DNA from: a virus
Lineage: Duplodnaviria > Caudoviricetes
Length of the DNA: 64,000 nucleotides
Virus record (IMG/VR): IMGVR_UViG_3300033066_001917
Location: 64,001 to 128,000 of that record
Direction: 5' to 3' (one strand)
Part shown: in pieces, positions 9,746 through 20,529 of the stretch
How the letters are laid out: each line of letters opens with the position of its first letter
Numbering within the stretch: position 1 is the stretch's first letter
The notes under the pieces: model-generated
Databases searched by the model: none
What the model was told of the DNA's origin: nothing
What the model saw: the letters and a program-made list of their open reading frames with translations, nothing else
Position numbers and translations under genes: made by a program

Positions 9746-10603
9746 ATGAGCTTCGGTTGGAACGGTACTTTTAGGCAGGGTGCTTGGAGAGACTTCCGGT
9801 TTTTTGTCCTACATCAGCGAAAAGACGTTCTTCCTCGTTTGACTACGATCAACGCAGAACTGAATCGCATTGGTCGAATACGTATTCTTTATGCCAGAAA
9901 TAACCCGGATGACCCTAATAGTCCTCTTTCGGAAGCTAGGGTTGGTCTTGATGTAACCCCCGGGACCAGTTTGTGCAAGCTTTTGCAGGCTTACATCGCA
10001 AATGGGGGTAATCCCTTTGACATATCAATGTTTCTTACTCCGGACGCTTTTGAGCTGATCGAGGATGGGGAAAATGCTGGGGGTTTGCGAGAGACGCAGC
10101 CTTATGGCGGGGCGGCTTGGTCGGCTTCTAGAGATCCTATTGTTGGTGGTCTTCATACGGGAGGGTGGATTCCACTGTGGCGATATCCCCCTCGGAGATT
10201 GGGTACCAATCGCTCCTACCCGGAGAAATCTACCGAAGTGGCAAGGGATACCAGAGCCATGAGGCAATGGATCTCTAAAGAAATTCGAACCCTTCGCAAC
10301 GACTTAGAGGCTAGAATCCTCAAACTTTGCGATTTGCGAGAGCAACTCATGCAAGAGGCAAACGAGCTTCTTCCGCAAGCCGTTGGTGGGGTTGTCCCAG
10401 GCGTTAGCTATAATTCCAATCTTTACGCTGTTAGCCATCACGTTAGTGCGATTACCGATGCAATAGATAGTATCTTTTACACCACCACACCTGAGGGTAT
10501 GTTTGATTTTTCTAACCCCCGATCTACTGGACCAAATCCCGAGTATCCAACACTCATGGATGATGCCCCGGATGGGGAAGAGGATTGGACGGCTCTGGGG
10601 TGA
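9746..10603 (+). CDS. hypothetical protein, first gene of the virion block
   Basis: 285-aa ORF with a coiled-coil segment, co-oriented with baseplate genes. Confidence 0.7.
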   Translation: MSFGWNGTFRQGAWRDFRFFVLHQRKDVLPRLTTINAELNRIGRIRILYARNNPDDPNSPLSEARVGLDVTPGTSLCKLLQAYIANGGNPFDISMFLTPDAFELIEDGENAGGLRETQPYGGAAWSASRDPIVGGLHTGGWIPLWRYPPRRLGTNRSYPEKSTEVARDTRAMRQWISKEIRTLRNDLEARILKLCDLREQLMQEANELLPQAVGGVVPGVSYNSNLYAVSHHVSAITDAIDSIFYTTTPEGMFDFSNPRSTGPNPEYPTLMDDAPDGEEDWTALG

Positions 10604-10630
10604 TGCCCCTATTATATTTAAAGGAGATCC

Positions 10631-11707
10631 ATGTCTCAAGATTTTCAGCTCGCTTGGCCATGCCCCCATCTGCAAACTGAGCATGATCTGTCCCTACAAC
10701 CGGATCGGATGTCTCTTGTCACACGCACTCCTATTAACGGGATTGGTGCGATGGTGGTTCGGGCTAATGGTGTTGATATCCCAACCAACGGAATCAGTTC
10801 GAAGGCTTTTCTTCAATCTGGTCTCCGAGAACCTTACCTAGTCAGTCGGGGCAATACGGATCTCACCATCACCACTCAAAGCACCACAAAAGTTGTAAAC
10901 CTTACGCCCGGGTATGTTAGGGTACAAGACCTTGTTTCTGTTCTTCAAAGGTCCCTAGGATCCAGTGTTGTCGTCGGGAACAACAACGGGTTTCTAACGC
11001 TTACAGAGCAACTGGAACTTGGCCCTTTCTCTACCCTTCGAGTAACCGGAACCGCGGCCTCCTCAATTGGTTTTGGTTACCAGTGGGGTTCTGCCGGGCA
11101 GGTTGTTGTACCTCCATGGTCATTGTTCGGTCTTGGCGATGGGGGTTATCAAATTCGATTTTCCAAACCTATTCGATCAGGTTCTATTTTCAGCGTCACG
11201 TATCCCGTGGCTCCAACACAATGTCTTCGGTGTCGGGCTACAGGTATTGAGAATGACGTTCGAACGGGGGTTCGTGGGGATGCCAGGATGGTATCTGACA
11301 ACAACCTTTTGTATCAGATGTGCCTCAAGGTTATCCTCACCAACCTGCGTAGTAACATCTACTACCCCTGGTATGGGTCAAACATTAAGGCTTCAGTAGG
11401 GACGAAAGCTCAGAGTGGATCCGCACTCGCAATCCAGCAATCGGTTCGAACCGCTTTGTCTAATCTCCAGAATCTGCAGTCAGCCCAATCAAATTTTCAG
11501 TTGGTATCCCCTAAGGAAAGGCTGTTTGCCGTGGATCGTGTTCAGGTAACCGAGTCAGAAGTGGATCCTACGGTATTCCTTGTAGACGTTGCGGTGAGAA
11601 GTTACTCAAGTGATCCGGTAAGCATCACAATTGTTTATGCCGCTCCGGGCACGTATGCACTTCCCGGTACCAACGGGTTGTCACTTGGAATGGGAGGAAA
11701 TTCGTGA
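10631..11707 (+). CDS. baseplate wedge-like protein (C-terminal gp25/GPW-like domain)
   Basis: Strong SD (AAGGAG); C-terminal KVILT..SN.YYPWYGS and ERLFAVDRVQV...VDVAV resemble gp25; CxxC motif; directly precedes the baseplate-J-like gene. Confidence 0.6.
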   Translation: MSQDFQLAWPCPHLQTEHDLSLQPDRMSLVTRTPINGIGAMVVRANGVDIPTNGISSKAFLQSGLREPYLVSRGNTDLTITTQSTTKVVNLTPGYVRVQDLVSVLQRSLGSSVVVGNNNGFLTLTEQLELGPFSTLRVTGTAASSIGFGYQWGSAGQVVVPPWSLFGLGDGGYQIRFSKPIRSGSIFSVTYPVAPTQCLRCRATGIENDVRTGVRGDARMVSDNNLLYQMCLKVILTNLRSNIYYPWYGSNIKASVGTKAQSGSALAIQQSVRTALSNLQNLQSAQSNFQLVSPKERLFAVDRVQVTESEVDPTVFLVDVAVRSYSSDPVSITIVYAAPGTYALPGTNGLSLGMGGNS

Positions 11708-14700
11708 CCGTAACATTTGTATCTCCGGATGGCCTGGATAGGGAACACCTAGTTTTCAGCACCACGTCCGGGACTCGCTTTTTTCACGGGACCGTACCAT
11801 CAGGAACCGTCGATATCTTAGTATCCCTCCGCGGTGGTGCCTACACAACGGATCCATCTCTGGTGTATTTTGATGGTGGTACATCTTTCACCATCCCCAA
11901 TCCTTCTGCTTTCCCTAATGGTCTGGATCTCTTTGGGGGCGAGAACGTCATCGGAGCTAAGGCTGTTTCCCTTACGGGAGGGTCCTCTCTTCCTGCTACG
12001 GCAACCGTTTATCTTCTTCCATCTGGTGCTACACCTTTTCCACCCCCCTCTGGCATCTCTGTTGTTCGAACAGATTCCTCCGTTGTCATCCGGGCTCGTG
12101 GTTTGGATGATTCTCGCATTACGGGCTACAATTTTTACGCCTCTTTGGAGCCAGGAGGGGGGGTTGCGGGTTACACAAGATTGAATGTATATCCGGTTAC
12201 AACCTATGAGTCTTCGGACCTCACTTCTACGCTCTACACACTAACATCAAACAACCCCGTTGGAGCCGCCGACCCGACTTATGTTCGGGCCATTATACGA
12301 CAAGAAAACAGTTCCGAGGTGGTTCAATCTACGGACGTTGACAGTAGAGTTGAGATTCCGGATGGTGTTTCTACCCTGGCAACCTTAGTGACGCTTTCAT
12401 CAGTGGAAAGGATTCGTACCTATTCTTTCACCCACAATCGTCTGTTCAATGAATCCAGCGATCCAGCCACTATATTCGTGGGGTCCTTTGCTTCTCTACC
12501 GCCCTCTCAACCTCTATATTATGTGGTGACTGCCGTCTATTATGACGCGGTGACCGGCATCGAGTATGAGTCCTACTTCTCAACCGAAGTTGTCGCGAAC
12601 CCCGTTGATGTGAGGATTGCAACGACTGGTCTCCCTGTTGTTTCCAGGCAACAGGTTCTCCAGAATGCCGTTACTTCTATCTATGGTCGCAACAGCACCG
12701 TGGCAATTCAGCCCGGGAGTGTAATTCGGGACACCGTTCTTGACCCTTTCGCTACTGAAGCCGAGAGGCTGAGGTTTATCGTTGATTTCATGTATCGAGC
12801 AAGTTCGTTTGATACCTTGCTGCAAATCGACGATCCAAATGGCACTGGTGTAAGCATTCAGCCCACATCTTCGGCCTATAAAACTGCTCTGGCTTCTGCT
12901 TTCTTTCTTAGTAATCCTGCTGATGTCCAGCCCATTATTGATGGGGCATTTGATAAGCTAGCAGCAAATTTCGGTGTTCCCAGACCATCGGGAGAACGTG
13001 CTATTGGTGAGGCTAGGTTTTATACCCCGGTCACCCCCACCCGCACTTTAAGTGTTCCACTTGGTACTCGTGTCTCGGGTGGTGGTGTTCAATTCCGAAC
13101 AACCCGTGCCGCCGAGCTCCCACTGGAAAGTTTGGCTAGTTATTACAATCCAGTTACCAGAACGTATTCGGTCACCGTCCCCATTCAGGCGGTATCCGTG
13201 GGATCCTCTGGGAACTTGGATCGGGGGGCAATTCGATCCGGAGCTCCTTACGGTTTCAGTGTCACCAATGATTCAGAGACTTTTGGTGGGATGGATGTAT
13301 TTTCCAACGCACAGTTAGCCGCCCTCGCTCGCAGCGTCCTATCTTCCGTGGATACGGGCACGGCACAAGGGTACAGACAAACCGCGGCTCGTACTCCGGG
13401 TGTTATTCAAGTCGCCGTTGTAGGCGCCGGAAGTCCCTACATGCAGAGGGACTTTATCAATGGATCGCATGTGGGCGGCAAAGTGGATGTATGGACACAA
13501 GGGGTTAGGACATCCACAATTACCGACACTTTTGCTTTCTCATATCAGACAAAAAGAGACGTGCAATTTGTCGTGGTTGGGGATCCTCTGCTATATCAAT
13601 TTCGAGCAATAGATCCTAACCTGTCCCCATCGAACCCGCTAGCTCAAATGCTAGATTATCCTTCCTTGGGTCTTGGATTGAAAAACATTACTACAGGACA
13701 GGAATTTGACCTGACGGACGTAGAGATTGTTTCTTTCGACACAATCCGTCTGTCTACTGCCGTAGGGGTGGTTCAACCGGGGGTGACACTATCCGATGTT
13801 GTACTCGGTGACTTCCGGTACAGAATTGGAGACAAATATATTTTCTCCCGACAGCCGGTATCTTACGTGGCCTCTGTTGTTGGCGAGGAAAGTGGCGCGC
13901 TAGATGGTAGCACTTTTTATTTGGTTCACCCTAATAGTCCATTGGGTCTTGGGCGATCCACGAAAGCCGGAGATTATCTCCAGGTAATCTCCCCAAGTAC
14001 CAGTGGGGCTGTTGGGGCTAGTGGTCGTCTCATCACGGAGAACAACGAGCTTCATGTTCTTACCGGATTTTATGTTGAGTATGTGTTTGCATTGGGGGCT
14101 GATCCCCTTTCTCTAGTTGTTAAAGACAGTACTGGGACTACCACATACCTCGGGCCGCATACTCCTACCGGCACGCCAGACTATGAGATCGTTGAGGGTA
14201 CTCAAACAACACCCCTTGGAATTCGGCGGACAACTTCGAGCGCTATTCCGGATGGGGGTAGTGTTCTTATTGATTATGTCCACGACGAGAATTTTGTTGT
14301 GACATATCAAGTGAATCTTGTCACATCATCTTTGCAGGCAAATCTGGATACTTCCAGACATGCCACGGCCGATGTTCTGGCAAAAGATTCCATTCAAGTT
14401 CCTGTTAATATCGCGGCTACCGTTGTTCTTCAGCGGGGTGCTTTGCAGAGTACGGTGGATCAGACAATTCGTGATAACTTGCAATATCTTGTGTCGAACC
14501 TTCGGCTGGGGACTCCTTTGAGGCGTAGTGATGTTATCTCCGCGATTGATCAATCCTCCGGGGTCAGTTATGTTATTGTTCCACTCACAACCATGGCTAG
14601 AGCTGTTGGATCTACAGTTTCAAGAGAAGATATTGTCACTTCCGATCTTGGGTCATACACGCTTATCCCAGCGTGGTCCACATCTTCGGTACAAACGTGG

Positions 14701-15126
14701 TTGCTTACTAGAGGCTTAAGCTCTCCTCCGTATCCGGGGGGTGCACCTACTGGGGGCTTTTCCGGGGTTTTTCAGGACGATGTAAGTCTTATTCTGCAAT
14801 CTTCCAACCCCGAGCAACTGTCACAGGGTTCGGGTAGGGCTTACATTCAGGGGGATTCAGGTATATCAATTCCCGGTTATTCGGACGATGCTACCCTTCG
14901 GACTTTGGGGTATGTGACTCCCACGGAGATCCAACAAGCTAGGTATGATCTGACAAAAGGTAGAATTCTACTTTCCTTGCCTTTGGGGGATTCACCTTCC
15001 AATCACGACTATTGGGTTACTTATATTGTGGCAACGTCCTCCGGGGACCACGACATTGCCCCGACTCCCGTAGAGTATCTCGTTTTAGGTGATGTGTCTT
15101 TCACCTATGACGAAGATAGAGTATGA
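11704..15126 (+). CDS. baseplate J/gp47-like protein
   Basis: PGSVIRD, FDKLAANFGVPR..GERAIG, VPLGTRV, VPIQAVSVGSSGN, FGGMD, DTGTAQGY and GGKVDVW follow the baseplate-J pattern. Confidence 0.75.
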   Translation: MTVTFVSPDGLDREHLVFSTTSGTRFFHGTVPSGTVDILVSLRGGAYTTDPSLVYFDGGTSFTIPNPSAFPNGLDLFGGENVIGAKAVSLTGGSSLPATATVYLLPSGATPFPPPSGISVVRTDSSVVIRARGLDDSRITGYNFYASLEPGGGVAGYTRLNVYPVTTYESSDLTSTLYTLTSNNPVGAADPTYVRAIIRQENSSEVVQSTDVDSRVEIPDGVSTLATLVTLSSVERIRTYSFTHNRLFNESSDPATIFVGSFASLPPSQPLYYVVTAVYYDAVTGIEYESYFSTEVVANPVDVRIATTGLPVVSRQQVLQNAVTSIYGRNSTVAIQPGSVIRDTVLDPFATEAERLRFIVDFMYRASSFDTLLQIDDPNGTGVSIQPTSSAYKTALASAFFLSNPADVQPIIDGAFDKLAANFGVPRPSGERAIGEARFYTPVTPTRTLSVPLGTRVSGGGVQFRTTRAAELPLESLASYYNPVTRTYSVTVPIQAVSVGSSGNLDRGAIRSGAPYGFSVTNDSETFGGMDVFSNAQLAALARSVLSSVDTGTAQGYRQTAARTPGVIQVAVVGAGSPYMQRDFINGSHVGGKVDVWTQGVRTSTITDTFAFSYQTKRDVQFVVVGDPLLYQFRAIDPNLSPSNPLAQMLDYPSLGLGLKNITTGQEFDLTDVEIVSFDTIRLSTAVGVVQPGVTLSDVVLGDFRYRIGDKYIFSRQPVSYVASVVGEESGALDGSTFYLVHPNSPLGLGRSTKAGDYLQVISPSTSGAVGASGRLITENNELHVLTGFYVEYVFALGADPLSLVVKDSTGTTTYLGPHTPTGTPDYEIVEGTQTTPLGIRRTTSSAIPDGGSVLIDYVHDENFVVTYQVNLVTSSLQANLDTSRHATADVLAKDSIQVPVNIAATVVLQRGALQSTVDQTIRDNLQYLVSNLRLGTPLRRSDVISAIDQSSGVSYVIVPLTTMARAVGSTVSREDIVTSDLGSYTLIPAWSTSSVQTWLLTRGLSSPPYPGGAPTGGFSGVFQDDVSLILQSSNPEQLSQGSGRAYIQGDSGISIPGYSDDATLRTLGYVTPTEIQQARYDLTKGRILLSLPLGDSPSNHDYWVTYIVATSSGDHDIAPTPVEYLVLGDVSFTYDEDRV

Positions 15127-18100
15127 CCGAGCGAAACGAAACAGGCATTGACCATATCATCCCTGAAAGCGTACGGGGACCCGAACCGCAAAATCCAGTT
15201 GTTGGTGAAGGGCAGACTTATCTGGACAGAGTTTCGGCTTTGTCTGGACAAATTGTCAATGTTTTCCTCAATAGCCTTCCGTCAAACTATGTCTCGGAGA
15301 TTGAGGGGCCGAATTATGTTGCTCATTTCCGCGCTGTAGCCGAAGAACTAGCACGCATCCAACTGACTTTGACGGATGCTTATGAAGATACAGACTTTGA
15401 TTTCACGCGATCCGAGGTCTTATTCCAATTCCTTGGTTCGTTGGTTTTCCCGGACGGTGAAACAACAGGAATCCCGGATCCAACATCTTTGGTGATAGGT
15501 GGGGTTCAAGGGGGGGACACGGCTTACCGATCCTTCCTCAAGCGGATGGTGACCCTCCTCCTTAAGGGAAGTAAAGCATCTACGGTTTTAGAGGGCATTC
15601 GGGCTTTGACGGATGCCGAGATCAATCTTTTGGAGAGGGCTCGGCATATCGGCCAACCCGGTGTCGGTTGGGTTTCCGAAAAGGATCAGTTCACAGTCGA
15701 TATTGAGGTTTCAAAGCACCGTAGGACTTCTCCTACCGAGGCATCAGGTGTTTTGCGCCATTACCACCCTGTAACAGTAGACAACGAAGGCAACGGGGTA
15801 TCCGGAGAGGCCGTTTATGACGCTGGGTCCGGTCCTACTCATACCCACGCAATAGAGTCCTGGTCCGTTCTTCGATCCAATGGAACGGGTCAACCTAGCC
15901 ACACACACTTTTTGTTGTCCGATTTTGCAACGGCACCGTTTGCTTTGCAAACTAACGTACCTTTGGTTACTTCCGCTTTAGGACCCGGAAGTGTTCTCTA
16001 CACATACACCAACCTATTTCGTGAAATTCTAAGTCCCGTTGTGGCTGAGAGCACACCTACGTGGGACCTGTCCACCTACCGATACGAAGACCTTAGGCGG
16101 AATTGTTATGGGTTGGCTTACATTTCCAATACGGGTTCGATTCTGGCAGGCCGGTATCTTTTTAGCGACCCCCAAGCCAGCTTCCAGAATATATCGTTGG
16201 GATCTGAATTGAAGTTGACTTCTGGCCCCAATGCCGGTAACTATGAGGTTGCGGAAATCCTCACATTTCCATACGGGAATGATCCGGATCATTTATATCC
16301 CTACACTACTTCCCCTACGGGTCTCTCGGGGTATCTTACGGTTAACGATGGTGCCCTAACGGACACGTCACAGAATTTCGGTCTGGCCGTACCCAACGAG
16401 CTTTTGACCATTACTTCTGGCCCCAACGCCGGGACCTATCGCCTTTCGATGCTTCTGGGACCCACAGGGGGACCCGTGGGTGTGCCTATTGGTCCTTTGG
16501 CTACCACTGGCCCAGCAACATCTGTAACGGTCTACCCCTCTATTCTTCGGTCTAGAACCAGATTCCCTCAAACTGGGTCCGCGATCCCCTATCAGCTAAC
16601 GGTGGACCGACTGGGCCGCAATGAAATTCAGGTGGTTACTGGTGAGGACGTTTCTTCTCAGTTCTACACCCCTGGTGGCCCCTTTGATACCATTCTAACA
16701 TCCCACGGACCCTTGGTGAGATTGGATGGTAGTCCCGCCACTATCCGAGATGTTACGGTGACAGTCAATGGGAGTCCCGTATCCGTAAATTCGGTCAATC
16801 CGATCACAGGACAAGTGACTCTTTCCACACCACAAGCCGGGGCGCTTCCGGGGGGGATAACCGTTCTGATCTCCTATCGGTGGGTTGGAATCACTAAGGT
16901 ACCCTTGAGGGGGTTAAACAACCCTGGGTTCAACATTGGTCGGTGGGATTATAGTGGCACATCTCTTACCGGCAGATTTAGGGTGGGGGTTGTTTTGGGC
17001 GTTGGGTCCAGGATGCCACAACCCAAAAGAATAGCTCACAGGTATCTTGGGTTTGAAAAACCCTACACCGCTTCCCTCAACAGTCCAACAACGTTGCGGT
17101 TGAATAACGCTCCGGGTAGGTTTACGGTTGAACCGGCCGAGAATAGCGGGGCTACCTCCTCCTGTAGGTTCCTGCACGGGGACCAAACGCCATCTCAACA
17201 GGGTTGGGTATCTGTTGGGAATTTTACGGGTACGGAGGGTCAAGCGTCCTATGGGATTACCAAACCCGTGGCACCTTCCGTGGCCTACTGGAAGGGCCCT
17301 TTACCAACACCCACTTCCTCAAATGTGGCCGTGGCGGCGAGGTTTACTCCTGGGGTTGGTGTTGCCGATGGTGTGTTTTCTGGTTGGGGTTTTGGTTTTC
17401 ACGATGATGATCACCTATTTTTCGCCGGGGCTTTGATTGTTCCTAACGATGCAGATGGCGTATCCCTTCGACATCTTGGGATTCTAGTTCGACCCGGGGA
17501 TCCGTCTCAAGTTGAATCCTGGGTGGTTGGTCCATTTGCAGAAGGTGTCGTGCGCGGCCGATCCGGATCTAACGTTGTTACTTTCAACACGGAAGAGATT
17601 CCAACTTTACTTTCTGTCGGAGATAGATTCCAAATCAGATCGGGTGCCCAGGCTGGCACCTACACTATTGTTGATGTTTATTCCGCTAACGGCACAACCA
17701 CGGTTCTAACCAACCCTGCTTTCCCTGCAAACCCAGAGATTTTTGGGAACCAGAGGATCCTTGCTACGTTTGAAGTGAGGTGGGACGTTGGATCTCCAAC
17801 CTGGAGGTTGATTTTCAACACCCGAACTAAATCCACGACTCTCTTCTATGGTGGAGCCTCCGGATGCCAACTAACGAATGGCACATCTGTACCAGCCAAC
17901 CCTTCCGCCTTAGGTCCGGATGTTGTTTTGGGTTCAGGGGGATCCGTTTTGTGGGGGTCGCCCAGCCGCCTAGCTTCCGGGGATTCGAATTGGGTATTTG
18001 TTCGCGCAACATCATCCCCCGATGGATATGAGCAATTTTCGAACGGGGCTATTGTTAATACCCTGATGACCGAGTCCCCAGAGGATTCCGGTTGGTACCC

Positions 18101-20516
18101 CACCACTCCCTTTGGTTACCCTTCCCTATCCGGGGGGTCACTGACTATTACGAAGCCACCGGCTTCCGGTCCCCTAGGAACCAGTTATGGTTATCGGTAT
18201 GACGATCCGTTTTTAACGGATCGTCGGGTGGTTGCTTTTGATGCTAAACTATCAGTTTCTAGGGACACGTCCGGATCCGGCGGGGCCTCACTGGTTCTTA
18301 ACAACGGCAAAAGAGAGGTTCGCCTAGGTACCATCCTTTATCGTGATGTCTCCACTACCCGGGAGATTTTTGAGGTACCCTCCATTTCTCTAGTTGGATC
18401 GGTCGGTTATGGATCTCAAGATTGGGTTGGATCCGGAGCTGACACCCCCAATGTCTACCCCAATGGTCATGAAGTTCTCTTGGGGTCAACCTCCACAGGA
18501 TGGTCTATAGCTGCTCCCTACACCTCTCTTTCGGGTGTGGATGGTCGGTTTCTGGAATGGGTTTTGGGGGTGGGGTCCTACACGCCTGGGGTGAATGGTC
18601 GTATTGGGTTGTCTCTCACAATGATGGCAGGGGGAAGGTCTGTCGTTGCAGATTTTGCGTTTGTTAGTGGTGTGGCCCGGATTAGTTTAAGGGGCACACC
18701 AACAGGAGCCAGTGTTGCTACTTACAACATCCCCTGGTCTGATGGTGTTAGACGCATATATCGACTTGAATATGATGGGTCTACTACGATTTCCTTTTAT
18801 GTGGATGGTGTTCTAGCTGGCACTTCGGCTCTATCCTCGTATACAGCATCGTCTGAAACCGGAGCAAAGATTGCCTACACTAGATCGTCGTTGGTGGATA
18901 CTTGCAGGTTTGAGGCAACTCTGTTTTCCCTTTGTTACTCCTCAACTCTTGATGGGGTATCCGGTCTTGGGAGGACTTTTGGGCTGTGGCTGGGAGGTGA
19001 TCCTCTAGATATCAACCAATGGAGAATTCCACGTTCAGATGGCACGGATTATCCAAACAGTGATGCCACGAACGCAATTCCGGTACCCATGGACTGGCGA
19101 TCTCAGTGCTGGGTGCGGATTTTCATGGACCCAACTTTTGGGGCCTCTTTTATCCGACCAGATCAAAACCCACCCCCTGGATACATTGGTGATTTTGCTA
19201 CCCAATCAATGAACCCCTCTGCCGGGTGGGCCACGATAGATTATGCCGAACTACCGCGCTCTTCCGTGTCTAGAGAGTTCGGTCACGCTTCTTTTGGGCC
19301 ACTCAATCCGAGCGCCTCCACCATTCAAAGCTGGGACGAGGTCAAATACCAACTCTTCACCTATACCTCGGTTCAACGAAATGCGCCGAGAAGGATGGTA
19401 CTTGGGTGGCGTTCGCTGATTTCCAGCGGTGATTACTTGCGAGACACAACACCGGAGGTGGTTGTTATTGCTTCGGATACAACCACCGTCGTTGATCTGA
19501 GAGCATGTGACATTGCTGTTGACCGGGTGTTTGTTGTTGCCGTAGACGGTGTGATTGTTCCAACCTCGGGTTGGTTGTTCAATAGGCAAACGCAAAAGCT
19601 TACTCTGACAACTCCGCTCCCCTCGGTTGGGTATCCCGTTCAGGTTACATTTGCCGCTGGTTTGCCCGCTACTGTTACCTCTTTGCAGACTCAACCCCTT
19701 CGAGAGTCCAACACAATTCTGAATGAAGGCACACCGCCTGTTCCATCCGGTCAAACCGGGTCTTGGACAGTCACAACGGTATCCGGAGACGGGGGGCCAA
19801 CACCGGCTTTCCCCCCCGCTATCCCCAGCAATCCAAGTTACTTTCTTAGAGACCAGTATCTGGTACGTCAGTTCAATGACGACCCCGTTGCTCGCCCTTA
19901 CGACAGGTTGGATTTTTTTCAGCTATCAGAGGGAACCTCTTTACCCCTGTCTGGTCCCTGTGACAATTGCGGCACACCCACCGGGATTGCATTGTCAGGA
20001 ACGATGTTCTCCGAACATTTTGGCCCTGGGGTTGGGGACGGGCTGTTTGGTGGGATGCTTATGTTATCCGGAGGGAGCTCGATTGCGGGTGGTGTTGTGG
20101 GGCCCGCTGTTTACTCCGGTCCATTTTCCCCAGGATTACCGTGGTCTGGTCCCCTACCACCGACTACGTATCCAGTATTGACAGGACCAGAGATATTCTG
20201 GGATATGTCTTTTTCAGGATCCGAAATTTGGGGTGGGACAACGGATCAAAACTATGCCTCTAATGGTCCGGCAGCGGTAAGCCCATCGGTGGTTGGTTCA
20301 CTCAATGGGTCCGTGTGGTCTTCCATGGTCATTTCCTCCGAGTATTCGAGGTTGGCCCCCTGGTCCGGTTACGCGGAAGACTTGAGTACCATGTCATTTC
20401 TTTATGGTGGAAGTTCTCTCCAGCCTTCCGGGATACCGGACTCCGGTGATGGTATGGTGCTCTTTGGTGGATCCCCACTCCCGGCGGATAATCCCGCGGT
20501 GGTGACTATCCTATGA
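15123..20516 (+). CDS. large virion/baseplate-associated protein
   Basis: 1797 aa, Gly/Ser/Thr-rich and beta-rich; ATGA-coupled to baseplate J; repeated SGPNAG-Y motifs and H-x-H motifs. Confidence 0.7.
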   Translation: MTERNETGIDHIIPESVRGPEPQNPVVGEGQTYLDRVSALSGQIVNVFLNSLPSNYVSEIEGPNYVAHFRAVAEELARIQLTLTDAYEDTDFDFTRSEVLFQFLGSLVFPDGETTGIPDPTSLVIGGVQGGDTAYRSFLKRMVTLLLKGSKASTVLEGIRALTDAEINLLERARHIGQPGVGWVSEKDQFTVDIEVSKHRRTSPTEASGVLRHYHPVTVDNEGNGVSGEAVYDAGSGPTHTHAIESWSVLRSNGTGQPSHTHFLLSDFATAPFALQTNVPLVTSALGPGSVLYTYTNLFREILSPVVAESTPTWDLSTYRYEDLRRNCYGLAYISNTGSILAGRYLFSDPQASFQNISLGSELKLTSGPNAGNYEVAEILTFPYGNDPDHLYPYTTSPTGLSGYLTVNDGALTDTSQNFGLAVPNELLTITSGPNAGTYRLSMLLGPTGGPVGVPIGPLATTGPATSVTVYPSILRSRTRFPQTGSAIPYQLTVDRLGRNEIQVVTGEDVSSQFYTPGGPFDTILTSHGPLVRLDGSPATIRDVTVTVNGSPVSVNSVNPITGQVTLSTPQAGALPGGITVLISYRWVGITKVPLRGLNNPGFNIGRWDYSGTSLTGRFRVGVVLGVGSRMPQPKRIAHRYLGFEKPYTASLNSPTTLRLNNAPGRFTVEPAENSGATSSCRFLHGDQTPSQQGWVSVGNFTGTEGQASYGITKPVAPSVAYWKGPLPTPTSSNVAVAARFTPGVGVADGVFSGWGFGFHDDDHLFFAGALIVPNDADGVSLRHLGILVRPGDPSQVESWVVGPFAEGVVRGRSGSNVVTFNTEEIPTLLSVGDRFQIRSGAQAGTYTIVDVYSANGTTTVLTNPAFPANPEIFGNQRILATFEVRWDVGSPTWRLIFNTRTKSTTLFYGGASGCQLTNGTSVPANPSALGPDVVLGSGGSVLWGSPSRLASGDSNWVFVRATSSPDGYEQFSNGAIVNTLMTESPEDSGWYPTTPFGYPSLSGGSLTITKPPASGPLGTSYGYRYDDPFLTDRRVVAFDAKLSVSRDTSGSGGASLVLNNGKREVRLGTILYRDVSTTREIFEVPSISLVGSVGYGSQDWVGSGADTPNVYPNGHEVLLGSTSTGWSIAAPYTSLSGVDGRFLEWVLGVGSYTPGVNGRIGLSLTMMAGGRSVVADFAFVSGVARISLRGTPTGASVATYNIPWSDGVRRIYRLEYDGSTTISFYVDGVLAGTSALSSYTASSETGAKIAYTRSSLVDTCRFEATLFSLCYSSTLDGVSGLGRTFGLWLGGDPLDINQWRIPRSDGTDYPNSDATNAIPVPMDWRSQCWVRIFMDPTFGASFIRPDQNPPPGYIGDFATQSMNPSAGWATIDYAELPRSSVSREFGHASFGPLNPSASTIQSWDEVKYQLFTYTSVQRNAPRRMVLGWRSLISSGDYLRDTTPEVVVIASDTTTVVDLRACDIAVDRVFVVAVDGVIVPTSGWLFNRQTQKLTLTTPLPSVGYPVQVTFAAGLPATVTSLQTQPLRESNTILNEGTPPVPSGQTGSWTVTTVSGDGGPTPAFPPAIPSNPSYFLRDQYLVRQFNDDPVARPYDRLDFFQLSEGTSLPLSGPCDNCGTPTGIALSGTMFSEHFGPGVGDGLFGGMLMLSGGSSIAGGVVGPAVYSGPFSPGLPWSGPLPPTTYPVLTGPEIFWDMSFSGSEIWGGTTDQNYASNGPAAVSPSVVGSLNGSVWSSMVISSEYSRLAPWSGYAEDLSTMSFLYGGSSLQPSGIPDSGDGMVLFGGSPLPADNPAVVTIL

Positions 20517-20529
20517 TTCAGGGCATTCA

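Noticed and set aside
9743-9748. Back-to-back divergent ATGs with zero spacer
   Set aside because: Probably an artefact of longest-ORF calling; the ATP-grasp gene can start at 9709
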